From: an uncultured Thermomicrobiales bacterium
GTDB lineage: Bacteria; Chloroflexota; Chloroflexia; Thermomicrobiales; CFX8
Assembly (NCBI GenBank): GCA_964462545.1
Contig: CAYWXR010000016.1
Location: 3,872-67,871, forward strand
DNA: 64,000 nucleotides
Reading direction: 5' to 3'
Below, piece by piece: positions 7,615-16,127 of the stretch (its first letter is position 1; each line of letters opens with the position of its first letter). The notes beneath the pieces were generated by a model, which searched no databases, was not told the DNA's origin, and saw only the letters and a program-made list of their open reading frames with translations. A program made the translations under genes and the position numbers.

Positions 7615-8814
7615 TCAGGTATCAGACTGTCCTTCACGCGAAGGCAGCATCGCGATGAACGGAAGCATGAGCAGCGGTGTCGCCGCCACCCAGTAGAAGG
7701 CAGTTTCGATGCCGATCCGGTCGGCGATGGCACCAAACGCAAACGCGGTCATGCTCATCGAGACGTAACTCAGGGCCAGCAAACCGCCGGCCATCGAGCC
7801 GCGTGCCTCGGGAAGCATCTCCTGGGCAACCGCCAGAATGATTGGCCTGCTGGATGTCAGTGCGAAGCTTGCCGGAATCATTGCCAGAAGGGGCAACAGC
7901 GTCCCGTTCTCGAACCAGAGATAGGCATACAGACCCGGTACCGCCACAATCGATGCCAGCGCCAGGCTTTCACGACGGCCGATCCGGTCAGAGAGCACAC
8001 CCCCACCAAGCATTCCCAGCACGCCGGCAGCAAAGAGCGTCGAAAGTGAGAGACCAGCAAAGAAGTCGCTCCAGCCCTTGTCGACCAGCAGTTTCACGAG
8101 GAAGTAGTGGAACGGCCCGGTTGCGACCGCGTTGAACAGTGCAGTTCCGGCGAGCCCGGCTATCCACTTGCGCCGTGCCCGCAGCAATGGCCGCAGGGCG
8201 ACTGGAGGGTTGTCCTTGCGTGCCTGGTCGCTCTCGCTGGTATCAAGAGTGAAATAGAGGTAGATCGATGCTATTACTCCGAAGACCATCACCACTGCGG
8301 AGCCTTCGAGAGTAAACCAGGCAATTGCGGCGGTAATAATCATCGGCGCCATTGTCCGGGAGAACTCGGCTCCAGACATAAAGATGGCCATCGCCCGGCC
8401 CACCTTCGGCCCGGCATATTCTCCCATCAGCGCCACCGCGGGGGCGTGGAAGGCGCCGGATGAGAGGCCGGACACGAGCAACAGGAGCAGCACCAGGCTG
8501 AAGTGGGGTGCAAGGCCAATCATCGAGATCGACAACGCCGTCACACCTGGCCCGAGCACCACAAACCAGCGACGGCTGGTGCGGTCGGCCATATAGCCGA
8601 TAAATGGCTGGAAGATGCCCGGAACCTGTTGTGCCGGGATCATCAGGCTGACAATTGTCAGTGAGAGTCCAAGTTTCTCCTGGACAGCCGGCAACAGCGG
8701 TCCAAGAAAACCACCGTAGAGGTCATGGGCAGCATGCGCACCGGCAAGGCGTGCAGTCCCGGCGCGATTGAACTCGGTCTCTGGCGTTACCGTGTCGTTG
8801 GAGGTTTCACCCAT
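7615..8814 (-). CDS. MFS transporter
   Basis: About 12 predicted hydrophobic helices and the MFS loop motif GYMADRTSRRW. Paralogue of the next gene. Confidence 0.8.
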   Translation of the reverse strand: MGETSNDTVTPETEFNRAGTARLAGAHAAHDLYGGFLGPLLPAVQEKLGLSLTIVSLMIPAQQVPGIFQPFIGYMADRTSRRWFVVLGPGVTALSISMIGLAPHFSLVLLLLLVSGLSSGAFHAPAVALMGEYAGPKVGRAMAIFMSGAEFSRTMAPMIITAAIAWFTLEGSAVVMVFGVIASIYLYFTLDTSESDQARKDNPPVALRPLLRARRKWIAGLAGTALFNAVATGPFHYFLVKLLVDKGWSDFFAGLSLSTLFAAGVLGMLGGGVLSDRIGRRESLALASIVAVPGLYAYLWFENGTLLPLLAMIPASFALTSSRPIILAVAQEMLPEARGSMAGGLLALSYVSMSMTAFAFGAIADRIGIETAFYWVAATPLLMLPFIAMLPSREGQSDT

Positions 8815-8820
8815 GGTTAC

Positions 8821-10080
8821 CTACGCCGCTTCTGGCTGCGGCAAAGGCTCACCGTGGCGTGGCAACATGGCGATCAGCGGCAGGGCAAGTAGCGCACATC
8901 CCGGCAGCAACCAGAAACTTGCGTTCAGCCCGATAGCGTCTGACAGCGCACCGAAGCCGATAGCAATCAGGCTCATCGATACAAAGCCAAAAGCGAGCAT
9001 GACCCCGGCCATCGGACCGCGGGCTTCCGGCATGACTTCCTGGGCAAGCGCCAGTTGAATCGGACGCGTAGCCATCGACACCACGCCGGCAACAGCCAAC
9101 ACGGCAAACCCGAGCAGGACACCGTCTGCCACCAGCAGGTAGGCGTAATAGAGTGGGGCGGTCAGAAGTGCTGTCACCATCATGATGCTGCGCCGGCCGA
9201 AGCGGTCGGAGAGCGTACCGCCGATGAAGCCCCCGACAATGCCGGCGACGAACAGGACCGATAGTGAGAAGTTGGCGTGCCAATCGCCATGGCCACGATC
9301 CTTGAGATAGACAATCAGGAAGATGGCGAACGGCGAGGATGCCAGGTTCTTGACGGCCGAATAGCCCAGCAGGGAAAGCAGGATCTTCCGGCGCGCCCGG
9401 ATCAACGGCTTCAGCGGCACCTTCTCGCGCGCCTTTTCCGCCGCGTCACTTGCCCTGGTATCCAGCGTGAAGTAGAGCAGAATCGACGAACTGATACCGA
9501 AGACCATAAGAACCCAGGCGCCCTCAAGCGTGAAGAGGGTAATGGCGGCCGTAAACATCAACGGCGCGATGGCACGCGACAACTCGCCACCTGCCATGAA
9601 GATGGCCATCGCCTGGCCCATCTTCTTGCCGCCATATTCACCAACCAGGGCAACCGCCGGGGTATGGAACGCTGCCGACGCCAGACCGGATACCAGTAGC
9701 ATGATCAGCACGATACCGATGTGCGGGGCAAGACCGATCGACGAGGTTGAGATACCGGCAACACCCGGAGCCAGCACCACAAACCAGCGCTTGCTGGTGC
9801 GGTCCGCCAGCACACCGATAAAGGGCTGCAGCACGCTCGGCATCTGCTGTGCCGGCACCATCAGGCTGGCGATAAACAGCGACAGCGCCAGTTTCTCCTG
9901 AACGGCTGCAATCAGCGGCCCCAGCAAAGATGAGTAGAGATCATGGGAGAAGTGGGCGAAGGCGATATTCGCCGTCGCCTTGGGGTTGTACTGCGACTCC
10001 TGGGCCACTGCTTCCGGATCGGGTGAGGATGTTTCGACCACTGCCTGGGGATGCTCTCCGGGAGCGTTTACGGTTGCCAT
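8821..10080 (-). CDS. MFS transporter (tandem paralogue)
   Basis: Roughly 55-60% identical by eye to 7615..8814 over the core (HDLY..LGPL..AVQEKL.LSL....LM.PAQQ.P...QPFIG..ADRTS.RWFVV). Only a 6-nt gap separates them. Confidence 0.8.
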   Translation of the reverse strand: MATVNAPGEHPQAVVETSSPDPEAVAQESQYNPKATANIAFAHFSHDLYSSLLGPLIAAVQEKLALSLFIASLMVPAQQMPSVLQPFIGVLADRTSKRWFVVLAPGVAGISTSSIGLAPHIGIVLIMLLVSGLASAAFHTPAVALVGEYGGKKMGQAMAIFMAGGELSRAIAPLMFTAAITLFTLEGAWVLMVFGISSSILLYFTLDTRASDAAEKAREKVPLKPLIRARRKILLSLLGYSAVKNLASSPFAIFLIVYLKDRGHGDWHANFSLSVLFVAGIVGGFIGGTLSDRFGRRSIMMVTALLTAPLYYAYLLVADGVLLGFAVLAVAGVVSMATRPIQLALAQEVMPEARGPMAGVMLAFGFVSMSLIAIGFGALSDAIGLNASFWLLPGCALLALPLIAMLPRHGEPLPQPEAA

Positions 10081-10101
10081 GGTTCCGGGTTCTATCTACG
10101 C

Positions 10102-10131
10102 ATACGCGCCCGTTGTGACACGGGCGCGTAT
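10102..10131 (-). terminator. stable hairpin between ilvD and the MFS gene
   Basis: An 11-bp GC-rich stem ATACGCGCCCG / CGGGCGCGTAT with an 8-nt loop. There is no clear U-tract, so it may be a terminator, attenuator or processing site. Confidence 0.4.
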
Positions 10132-10152
10132 CGAATTACTCATTGCGAGATT

Positions 10153-11850
10153 CTACAGGACCGGTTTGGTAATCGCTCCCTCGGCGGCCGAGGAGACCAG
10201 TGCGGCGTATTTGGCCAGCACACCACTGGTGTAGCGTGGCTCCGGTGCCTTCCAGTCTGCCAACCGGGCCTCAATCTCTTCGTCAGTCAGTTCAACTGCC
10301 AGCAGTTTCTGCTCGACGTCGATGGTGATGATGTCACCTTCACGAAGAGCGGCAATCGGCCCACGCATCGCTGCCTCCGGAGCAACGTGGCCAACCATGA
10401 AGCCGCGGGTCGCGCCGCTGAAACGGCCATCGGTCAACAGGGCGACGCTTTCGCCCAGACCTTCGCCAACCAGCGCAGCGGTCACACCAAGCATTTCGCG
10501 CATGCCTGGTCCACCACGCGGACCTTCGTAGCGGATAACCACCACGTCGCCTGGCTTGATCTGCCGTGCCGTGACGGCTGCCATCGCGTCTTCCTCGCGC
10601 TCGAAGATGCGGGCAGGGCCCTGGTGTCGTGTGCGCTCGGCGCCCGAAACCTTGATCACACCACCCTCAGGTGCGAGGTTCCCCTTCAGCACCATCAGGC
10701 CACCGGTCTTCTTCTTGGCGGTGTCAACGGTCAGGATGACCTTCTGACCCGGAGTTTCCTCGGCGTGGGCAACTTCCTCAGCAAGCGTTTTGCCGGTCGG
10801 GGTCAACTGGCTGCCGTCGATCTTGCCGCCCTCGATCAATCGCTTGGTGATCAGTTCAATGCCACCGGCGTTGTAGACATCGACGGCGGTATAGTCGCCA
10901 CTCGGCTTGAGATCGGCAATGATCGGCGTGTTGTCGCTGACCGGGTTGAAATCGTCGATCGTCAGCGGAATGCCTGCTTCACGGGCAATTGCCATGAAGT
11001 GCAGGACGATATTGGTCGAACCACCGGTTGCGGCGGCACTGGCAATACCGTTCAGGAACGACTGCTTGGTGAGGATGTCGCTCGGGCGAAGTCCTGCCTC
11101 AAGTTGTTCCATCACCAGTTTGCCGGCAGCGCGGCCGATCTTTTCCTTCTTCGGGTCAACCGCCGGTGTGCTGGCCATACCAACCGGGGAGAGACCCAGC
11201 ACCTCGAGCGCAGTAGCCATCGTGTTGGCAGTGAACTGCCCACCACAGGCACCGGCCCCGGGGCAAGCAACCTGCTCGAGTTCCTTCAGGTCGTCGTCGG
11301 AAATCTTGCCGGCAGCATTTGCGCCGATGCCTTCGAAGACATCCTGAATTGTGACGTCCTTGCCGCGGAAATTACCGGGCATGATCGAACCGCCATAGAG
11401 GACGAAGCCCGGAATATCCAGCCGAACGAGCGCCATGGCCGAAGCCGGAAGCGTTTTGTCGCAGGCGGCGAGGATGATGATCGCGTCGAACATATGACCG
11501 CGGCCGACCAGTTCGATCGAGTCGGCAACGACTTCCCGGCTGACCAGCGAGGTCTTCATGCCTTCGGTACCCATAGTGATGCCGTCGCTGATGGCCACGG
11601 TGTTCACTTCCATCGGCACGCCACCGGCCTCGCGGATGCCCTTTTTCACTTCCTGGGCAAGCTTGCGCAGTCCGAAGTTGCACGGCATCGTTTCAATCCA
11701 GGAGTGGGCAACACCGATAATCGGCTTCCGGAAATCCTCTTCCTCGAGGCCGATTGCGTACAGGTACGAACGGGCGGCTGCCCGGTCCCGGCCATCGAGG
11801 ATTGTCCGGCTCTTGTGACGAACATCGAATTTTGGTGGTGCTTCTACCAT
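10153..11850 (-). CDS. ilvD: dihydroxy-acid dehydratase (IlvD/Edd family)
   Basis: Full-length match to short-form IlvD: AISDGITMGTEGM, CDKTLP, CPGAGACGGQFTANTM, GGSTN, LLTDGRFSGATRG. Start set at the ATG at 11850 (MVEAPPKF), with GGAGA 8 nt upstream. Confidence 0.88.
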   Translation of the reverse strand: MVEAPPKFDVRHKSRTILDGRDRAAARSYLYAIGLEEEDFRKPIIGVAHSWIETMPCNFGLRKLAQEVKKGIREAGGVPMEVNTVAISDGITMGTEGMKTSLVSREVVADSIELVGRGHMFDAIIILAACDKTLPASAMALVRLDIPGFVLYGGSIMPGNFRGKDVTIQDVFEGIGANAAGKISDDDLKELEQVACPGAGACGGQFTANTMATALEVLGLSPVGMASTPAVDPKKEKIGRAAGKLVMEQLEAGLRPSDILTKQSFLNGIASAAATGGSTNIVLHFMAIAREAGIPLTIDDFNPVSDNTPIIADLKPSGDYTAVDVYNAGGIELITKRLIEGGKIDGSQLTPTGKTLAEEVAHAEETPGQKVILTVDTAKKKTGGLMVLKGNLAPEGGVIKVSGAERTRHQGPARIFEREEDAMAAVTARQIKPGDVVVIRYEGPRGGPGMREMLGVTAALVGEGLGESVALLTDGRFSGATRGFMVGHVAPEAAMRGPIAALREGDIITIDVEQKLLAVELTDEEIEARLADWKAPEPRYTSGVLAKYAALVSSAAEGAITKPVL

Positions 11851-11961
11851 GGTTGTCTCCATCTCTCGGCACAATCCCGCCGGGTTACACAATCCCTCTC
11901 CCGTGCATACCCGGACCGGGCAATGATGACCGCAATTCCGGAATCTGGCAATATCCAGCGC

Positions 11962-13845
11962 CTAATCACCCACGCGGATACGGGCCACTACCGGCTTGTG
12001 GTCGGACGCTGCAACATCCGGAACCCGGACATCCAGCACCTCGATCCCCTCACTCACGAGGATGTAGTCGATCCGGCGATCATCCTGCGATGTGGTGACA
12101 TCCGGCAGCGCGGCTCCCACAGGGTCGCGATAGCCTAGCGCCAGCAACTCCTGAAGAACATCGTCTTCAGGCTCGGCATTGAAATCGCCCATGATAATCC
12201 CGGGGCCACGGCCATCCTGGAAACTGATCAGTTCGCGGAGCTGTTCCATTCTTGCTTCACCGGCGCCGCGCGGATCATCAAGATGCGTCCCAAACACCCA
12301 GAACGAGGTGCCATTGACGGTAAGTTCAATTCCGGCAACCGACCGCTTCAGGTTCTGGGTTGAGGCGAACTTGCGGGTGTCAGTCTGGTCGAGCGGCACC
12401 CGGCTGAGGATCGCATTGCCCCAGAGATCATCATCCGAAGCCGGCCCCCAGACGAACGGCATATCCAGTTCACGGCTCAACCAGACCAACTGGTCGCTCG
12501 ATGCCGTCACCAGCCAGCCCCGGCTGACCTCGTTCAACACCACAATATCCGGGTTCTGGGCAGTAATGACATCGGCGGTGCGACGCAAATCCCAGGTTCG
12601 ATCGCGGGCGAATCCGGACTGGATGTTATAGACCATCACCGTCAGTTCAGCAGATTCGGCTGCGACAGGTTCCGGTTCGACAGCGCTGATTTCGGCCAGC
12701 ACCGGCAGGACGAAGACCAGCAACACTGCTATCCGTGACACCACGCCAAACGTCGATGATGCCGGCGGCGACACAATGGTCGGTAATCGCTTCGCCCACA
12801 AGGCAACCGGCACCATCACCGCCCATGCAAAGGCGATGACGATGCCCAGCCCGGTGAAGGTGTAATAGGCAAATATCAACCCGACCAGCAGCACCATACC
12901 GAACGTAAAGAACGTTACCGGCACGTGGAACGGGTAGCCGTCGACGCGCCGGCCCATCAGAATCGCAGAGGTCAGCAGGTAGCCGGACGCCACCATCAGT
13001 ACAATGCCGAAACTTCCCGGAGGATCGCCGTTCCACGTCATCCATAGCCCGGCTGCACCGGTAACCGACGCAACGCCAATGATCCAGATATCGGCCGGGC
13101 GTTGATCTTCCGTGGCAAACATGGTGGCACCTGCCATGACCAGCAACGCAAGTGCGATACCGGCCAGCATTGCAACCCAGACCACCGATCGATCGCCCTC
13201 ACCGGTCGCGTGGCCAAAGGCCAGGTTTCCGGTAGCCAGAAAGTGCACCACCAGCGACGGCCCGATACCAACCAGCGTCAGCGGGCAACCGACGTCGGCC
13301 GGCGCACCGGTTTCCGGAAGGTTGAGGAGGTAGTAGGCACAGACAACCAGAGCGGCAATAAGGATCAGCGTCAACAGGTGAGCCGGTGCTTCCGGCATCC
13401 ATGGAAGGTCAACACTTTGCGAACCGGTGCGGAGCATAATGTCGGCTGGCAATGCCACCAGCACGCCCATTGCAATCGGTTTCCGGTACTGGTCGATAAC
13501 CGAGAGGACCAGCCATCCCCAGGCGGTAATACAGAGCGCCCCCAGGACCAGTCTCGCTTCCGGTTGTTGCCAGACCTGCAAAATGGCCCGGCTGCCGGCA
13601 AGCAATCCCAGCGAAACCAGCAGAACATTCCGCACGGGAAGGAAACGAAGCAGCAGAAGTATCAGCGCAGGGGAGAGGAAGACGGCCAACGCAATCGTTG
13701 CCAGTGCGACCCGTTCGCTCTGGTCAACCACAAAAACCAGGTAGCCGACGAACACCCGTGTGCCCTGCAACATGAACAGCGTCGCCAGCGCAAAAAGTGC
13801 AACGAGGAGCAAGGACCGACGAGTTTCCACCTGGGATGTATGCAC
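11962..13845 (-). CDS. polytopic membrane protein fused to a C-terminal endonuclease/exonuclease/phosphatase (EEP) domain
   Basis: The N-terminal ~380 aa are almost entirely hydrophobic helices. The C-terminus LTVMVYNIQSGF...DIVVLNEV...FGTHLD...IMGDFNAEPED...SDHKPVVA has typical EEP catalytic motifs. Confidence 0.75.
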   Translation of the reverse strand: MHTSQVETRRSLLLVALFALATLFMLQGTRVFVGYLVFVVDQSERVALATIALAVFLSPALILLLLRFLPVRNVLLVSLGLLAGSRAILQVWQQPEARLVLGALCITAWGWLVLSVIDQYRKPIAMGVLVALPADIMLRTGSQSVDLPWMPEAPAHLLTLILIAALVVCAYYLLNLPETGAPADVGCPLTLVGIGPSLVVHFLATGNLAFGHATGEGDRSVVWVAMLAGIALALLVMAGATMFATEDQRPADIWIIGVASVTGAAGLWMTWNGDPPGSFGIVLMVASGYLLTSAILMGRRVDGYPFHVPVTFFTFGMVLLVGLIFAYYTFTGLGIVIAFAWAVMVPVALWAKRLPTIVSPPASSTFGVVSRIAVLLVFVLPVLAEISAVEPEPVAAESAELTVMVYNIQSGFARDRTWDLRRTADVITAQNPDIVVLNEVSRGWLVTASSDQLVWLSRELDMPFVWGPASDDDLWGNAILSRVPLDQTDTRKFASTQNLKRSVAGIELTVNGTSFWVFGTHLDDPRGAGEARMEQLRELISFQDGRGPGIIMGDFNAEPEDDVLQELLALGYRDPVGAALPDVTTSQDDRRIDYILVSEGIEVLDVRVPDVAASDHKPVVARIRVGD

Positions 13846-13854
13846 CGAGACCGG

Positions 13855-14442
13855 CTACCTTTCGTCTGGTGGCAGGCTGGCCCGCCAGGCGTCCCGAGCA
13901 GCGACCCATTCGTCGCGTAGCACGTCAAAGACAAGGTCATCGTAATACACGCCCTTGTTGATCGCGTCGTTCTTCAACACTCCGGCAGGGCGGTATCCCT
14001 GTTTCCGGATTGCAGCGGCTGAACGACCATTCAGTTCCCAGATCCACGACGTCAGGACATGCATCCCGATGTGCTCGAACGCGAACTCCAGGAGCAGATG
14101 TTTCGCTTCGGTCCCGTATCCCCGGCTACGAAACTCTCCTGGCCGCAGGCCGGAATACGTTTCGGCATAGCGGTGAATCCAGTTGATCCCGGTAAGCCCG
14201 ACAAAACCGATGCACTGGTCATCGGATTTCAGACAGACCGCAAACTCGATCGTTTCCGGAGGCATGGCGGACGTAAGCCGGTCAATCCAGCTGCGGTAGG
14301 CAATTTCGCTCATCCCGATCCGCCCACCCTGATGGAGGTTGGTTTCGTTTTCCAGCCACTCGATTTCGACAGCCACCTTGCTGTCATCCGGTTCGAGCGG
14401 TCGCAAGTAGAGTCGTGGCCCGACAAGGACTGGATTACGCAT
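13855..14442 (-). CDS. GNAT family N-acetyltransferase (RimJ/RimL-like)
   Basis: LYLRPLEPDD...IGFVGL......RSRGYGTEAKHLLLEFAFEHIGMH. Paralogue of 14959..15564. Confidence 0.8.
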   Translation of the reverse strand: MRNPVLVGPRLYLRPLEPDDSKVAVEIEWLENETNLHQGGRIGMSEIAYRSWIDRLTSAMPPETIEFAVCLKSDDQCIGFVGLTGINWIHRYAETYSGLRPGEFRSRGYGTEAKHLLLEFAFEHIGMHVLTSWIWELNGRSAAAIRKQGYRPAGVLKNDAINKGVYYDDLVFDVLRDEWVAARDAWRASLPPDER

Positions 14443-14962
14443 GCGGATGCACCTCGTGCGGATTCAGAATCTGGTAAATCAGCATGTCAACACGGCCACC
14501 CGGGCGTTGCCAGTACTCCCGCAAGCGGACACCCGCGAACATGCCCAGTTCCTCGGCGGCGGCAATCGTGGCTGCGTCATTCGCCCCGACATTGAGATCT
14601 ACCCGCCGCATATTGTGTTCCTCAATCAGCCAGGGCAGGAGAATCCTGAGCGCCTCGGCCTGTAACTCATCGGCCCGTTCAAGCAACGGGGCCATGTGCA
14701 GGCTGATGGTGGCCTTACGGTCTCCGTGGGCAAAGTCGATTGCTGCTCCGCCGATCACCCGATCATCTTCCTGCCGGACAATGGCATATTGCCGCGTCGA
14801 CGGGTTCCACATGGCGGTGTGCAATTCGGTCAGCGTTTTCTCACCCAGTACCGAGTTCACCGGCACCGGGCTGTCATACCAGGCAACGGCTACGTCTTTG
14901 TCCTCCGGCACCATCGGCCGCAGGTAGACCACCTCACCAGTAAGAAAAACCGGTTTCATCAT
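14435..14962 (-). CDS. GNAT family N-acetyltransferase
   Basis: VYLRPMVPEDKD at the N-terminus and a GNAT-like core. It overlaps its neighbours by 8 nt and 4 nt. Confidence 0.7.
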   Translation of the reverse strand: MMKPVFLTGEVVYLRPMVPEDKDVAVAWYDSPVPVNSVLGEKTLTELHTAMWNPSTRQYAIVRQEDDRVIGGAAIDFAHGDRKATISLHMAPLLERADELQAEALRILLPWLIEEHNMRRVDLNVGANDAATIAAAEELGMFAGVRLREYWQRPGGRVDMLIYQILNPHEVHPHA

Positions 14963-15564
14963 GTTCCTCCGGAACCTTCAGGTTGTGGACGTGCGCGACT
15001 GGCTTGCCAGGTCGCCCGGGCGGATTCCCAGTCTTCGCGCAACAGGTCGAACAGGCACACATCGTAATAGCGGCCCTGGTTCATCGCTTCGTGTTTCAGC
15101 CTCCCGGCAGGACGGTAGCCCTGCTTGAGGATGGCTGCAATCGAACGCTCGTTGCGCTCCCAAATCCACGAGACAAGTGAATGCAGCCCAAGGTGCTCGA
15201 ACGCAAACTCCATCACCAGGTGCTTCGATTCGGTTCCATATCCCCGGCCCCGGTACTCACCCGGACGAAAGAGCGCGAACGTCGAAGCCGTGCGATGTAC
15301 CCAGTCGAGATCGCCCAGACCGACAAGCCCGATACAGTAGTCGTTCTCCTTCAGGCAGACAGCAAACTGGATACGCCCCGGCAGCGCATCGCCCGTGAAC
15401 CGCTCAACCCACTTTCGGGTAGCCATCGTGCTGAATCCCGAACGCGGACCATCGTCGATATGCAGATCGTCCTCGATGGCGTCTATCTCGGCGAACATAT
15501 CGCCATCTGCAGGTTCGAACGGACGGAGATACACCCGTTCGCCAGCCAGCACCGGGTTACGCAT
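14959..15564 (-). CDS. GNAT family N-acetyltransferase (RimJ/RimL-like)
   Basis: MRNPVLAGERVYLRPFEPADG...RGRGYGTESKHLVMEFAFEHLGLH. First gene of the GNAT-GNAT-GNAT-EEP string. Confidence 0.8.
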   Translation of the reverse strand: MRNPVLAGERVYLRPFEPADGDMFAEIDAIEDDLHIDDGPRSGFSTMATRKWVERFTGDALPGRIQFAVCLKENDYCIGLVGLGDLDWVHRTASTFALFRPGEYRGRGYGTESKHLVMEFAFEHLGLHSLVSWIWERNERSIAAILKQGYRPAGRLKHEAMNQGRYYDVCLFDLLREDWESARATWQASRARPQPEGSGGT

Positions 15565-15666
15565 GGTGGAGTCCGCGAGTCACGGAATGTGCGTTCATTC
15601 GGCCCCTTCGCAGATCGTGCTTATGATTGCGGCAGGAAGTGTAGCCGATAGACGGGGAGTTTCGAC

Positions 15667-16038
15667 GTGACCGGGGAACTGACAGCAGCCACACAGGAAC
15701 TGATAGCCGCGATTGAGTCCGCAATCATTCCGGCGTCACGTGGCTATCTGGTGGGCCTCGACCGTCCGGCCCTGCTCGCGCCGGATCCTGCTGCGGTGAT
15801 GGCGGCCAACCGACCGGAGGATATTCTCGCCAGGGGACACCGCTGGCGAATTGTCACACTACCGCTCTGGGAAGCCCTTCAGGAACTGGAACGTGTCCGG
15901 CCCGAACAGCAGGTCTATGTGGTCAAGGTTGCCGACCTGGAAGCGTGGAACAAAACCGCCCTGCCGGACCTCGACCGTGACGGCTGGCGCGGAGACCAGG
16001 GTACTTCCTACATCCTGCCGATTACCTGGGAATCCTGA
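15667..16038 (+). CDS. hypothetical protein
   Basis: GTG start with GGGGAG 7 nt upstream, followed by a strong hairpin terminator. I recognise no family. Confidence 0.45.
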   Translation: MTGELTAATQELIAAIESAIIPASRGYLVGLDRPALLAPDPAAVMAANRPEDILARGHRWRIVTLPLWEALQELERVRPEQQVYVVKVADLEAWNKTALPDLDRDGWRGDQGTSYILPITWES

Positions 16039-16060
16039 ACAAGTAACCCGGTCATAAGAA

Positions 16061-16100
16061 AAATCTCCCCGGGCAGTGATGCCACCGCCCGGGGAGATTT
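16061..16100. terminator. bidirectional intrinsic terminator
   Basis: AAATCTCCCCGGGC-N12-GCCCGGGGAGATTT lies between convergent genes. The U-tract is stronger for the minus-strand SBP transcript. Confidence 0.75.
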
Positions 16101-16127
16101 GATGCTGTCTGAATCGACTGAAAGGGT

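Noticed and set aside
11851-11961. A possible ilv-type leader peptide or attenuator upstream of ilvD. The region contains a direct repeat GGATTGTG-N11-GGATTGTG and a tiny ORF MHGRGIV.
   Set aside because: The mini-ORF has no run of Ile/Val/Leu codons and there is no clear terminator/antiterminator pair. The direct repeat might bind a regulator, but the evidence is too thin to call.
10051-12138. A 695-aa ORF on the plus strand.
   Set aside because: It is entirely antisense to a full-length, clearly conserved ilvD. Its translation is R/G/A/H-rich with no recognisable motifs. This is the typical long shadow ORF of high-GC DNA.
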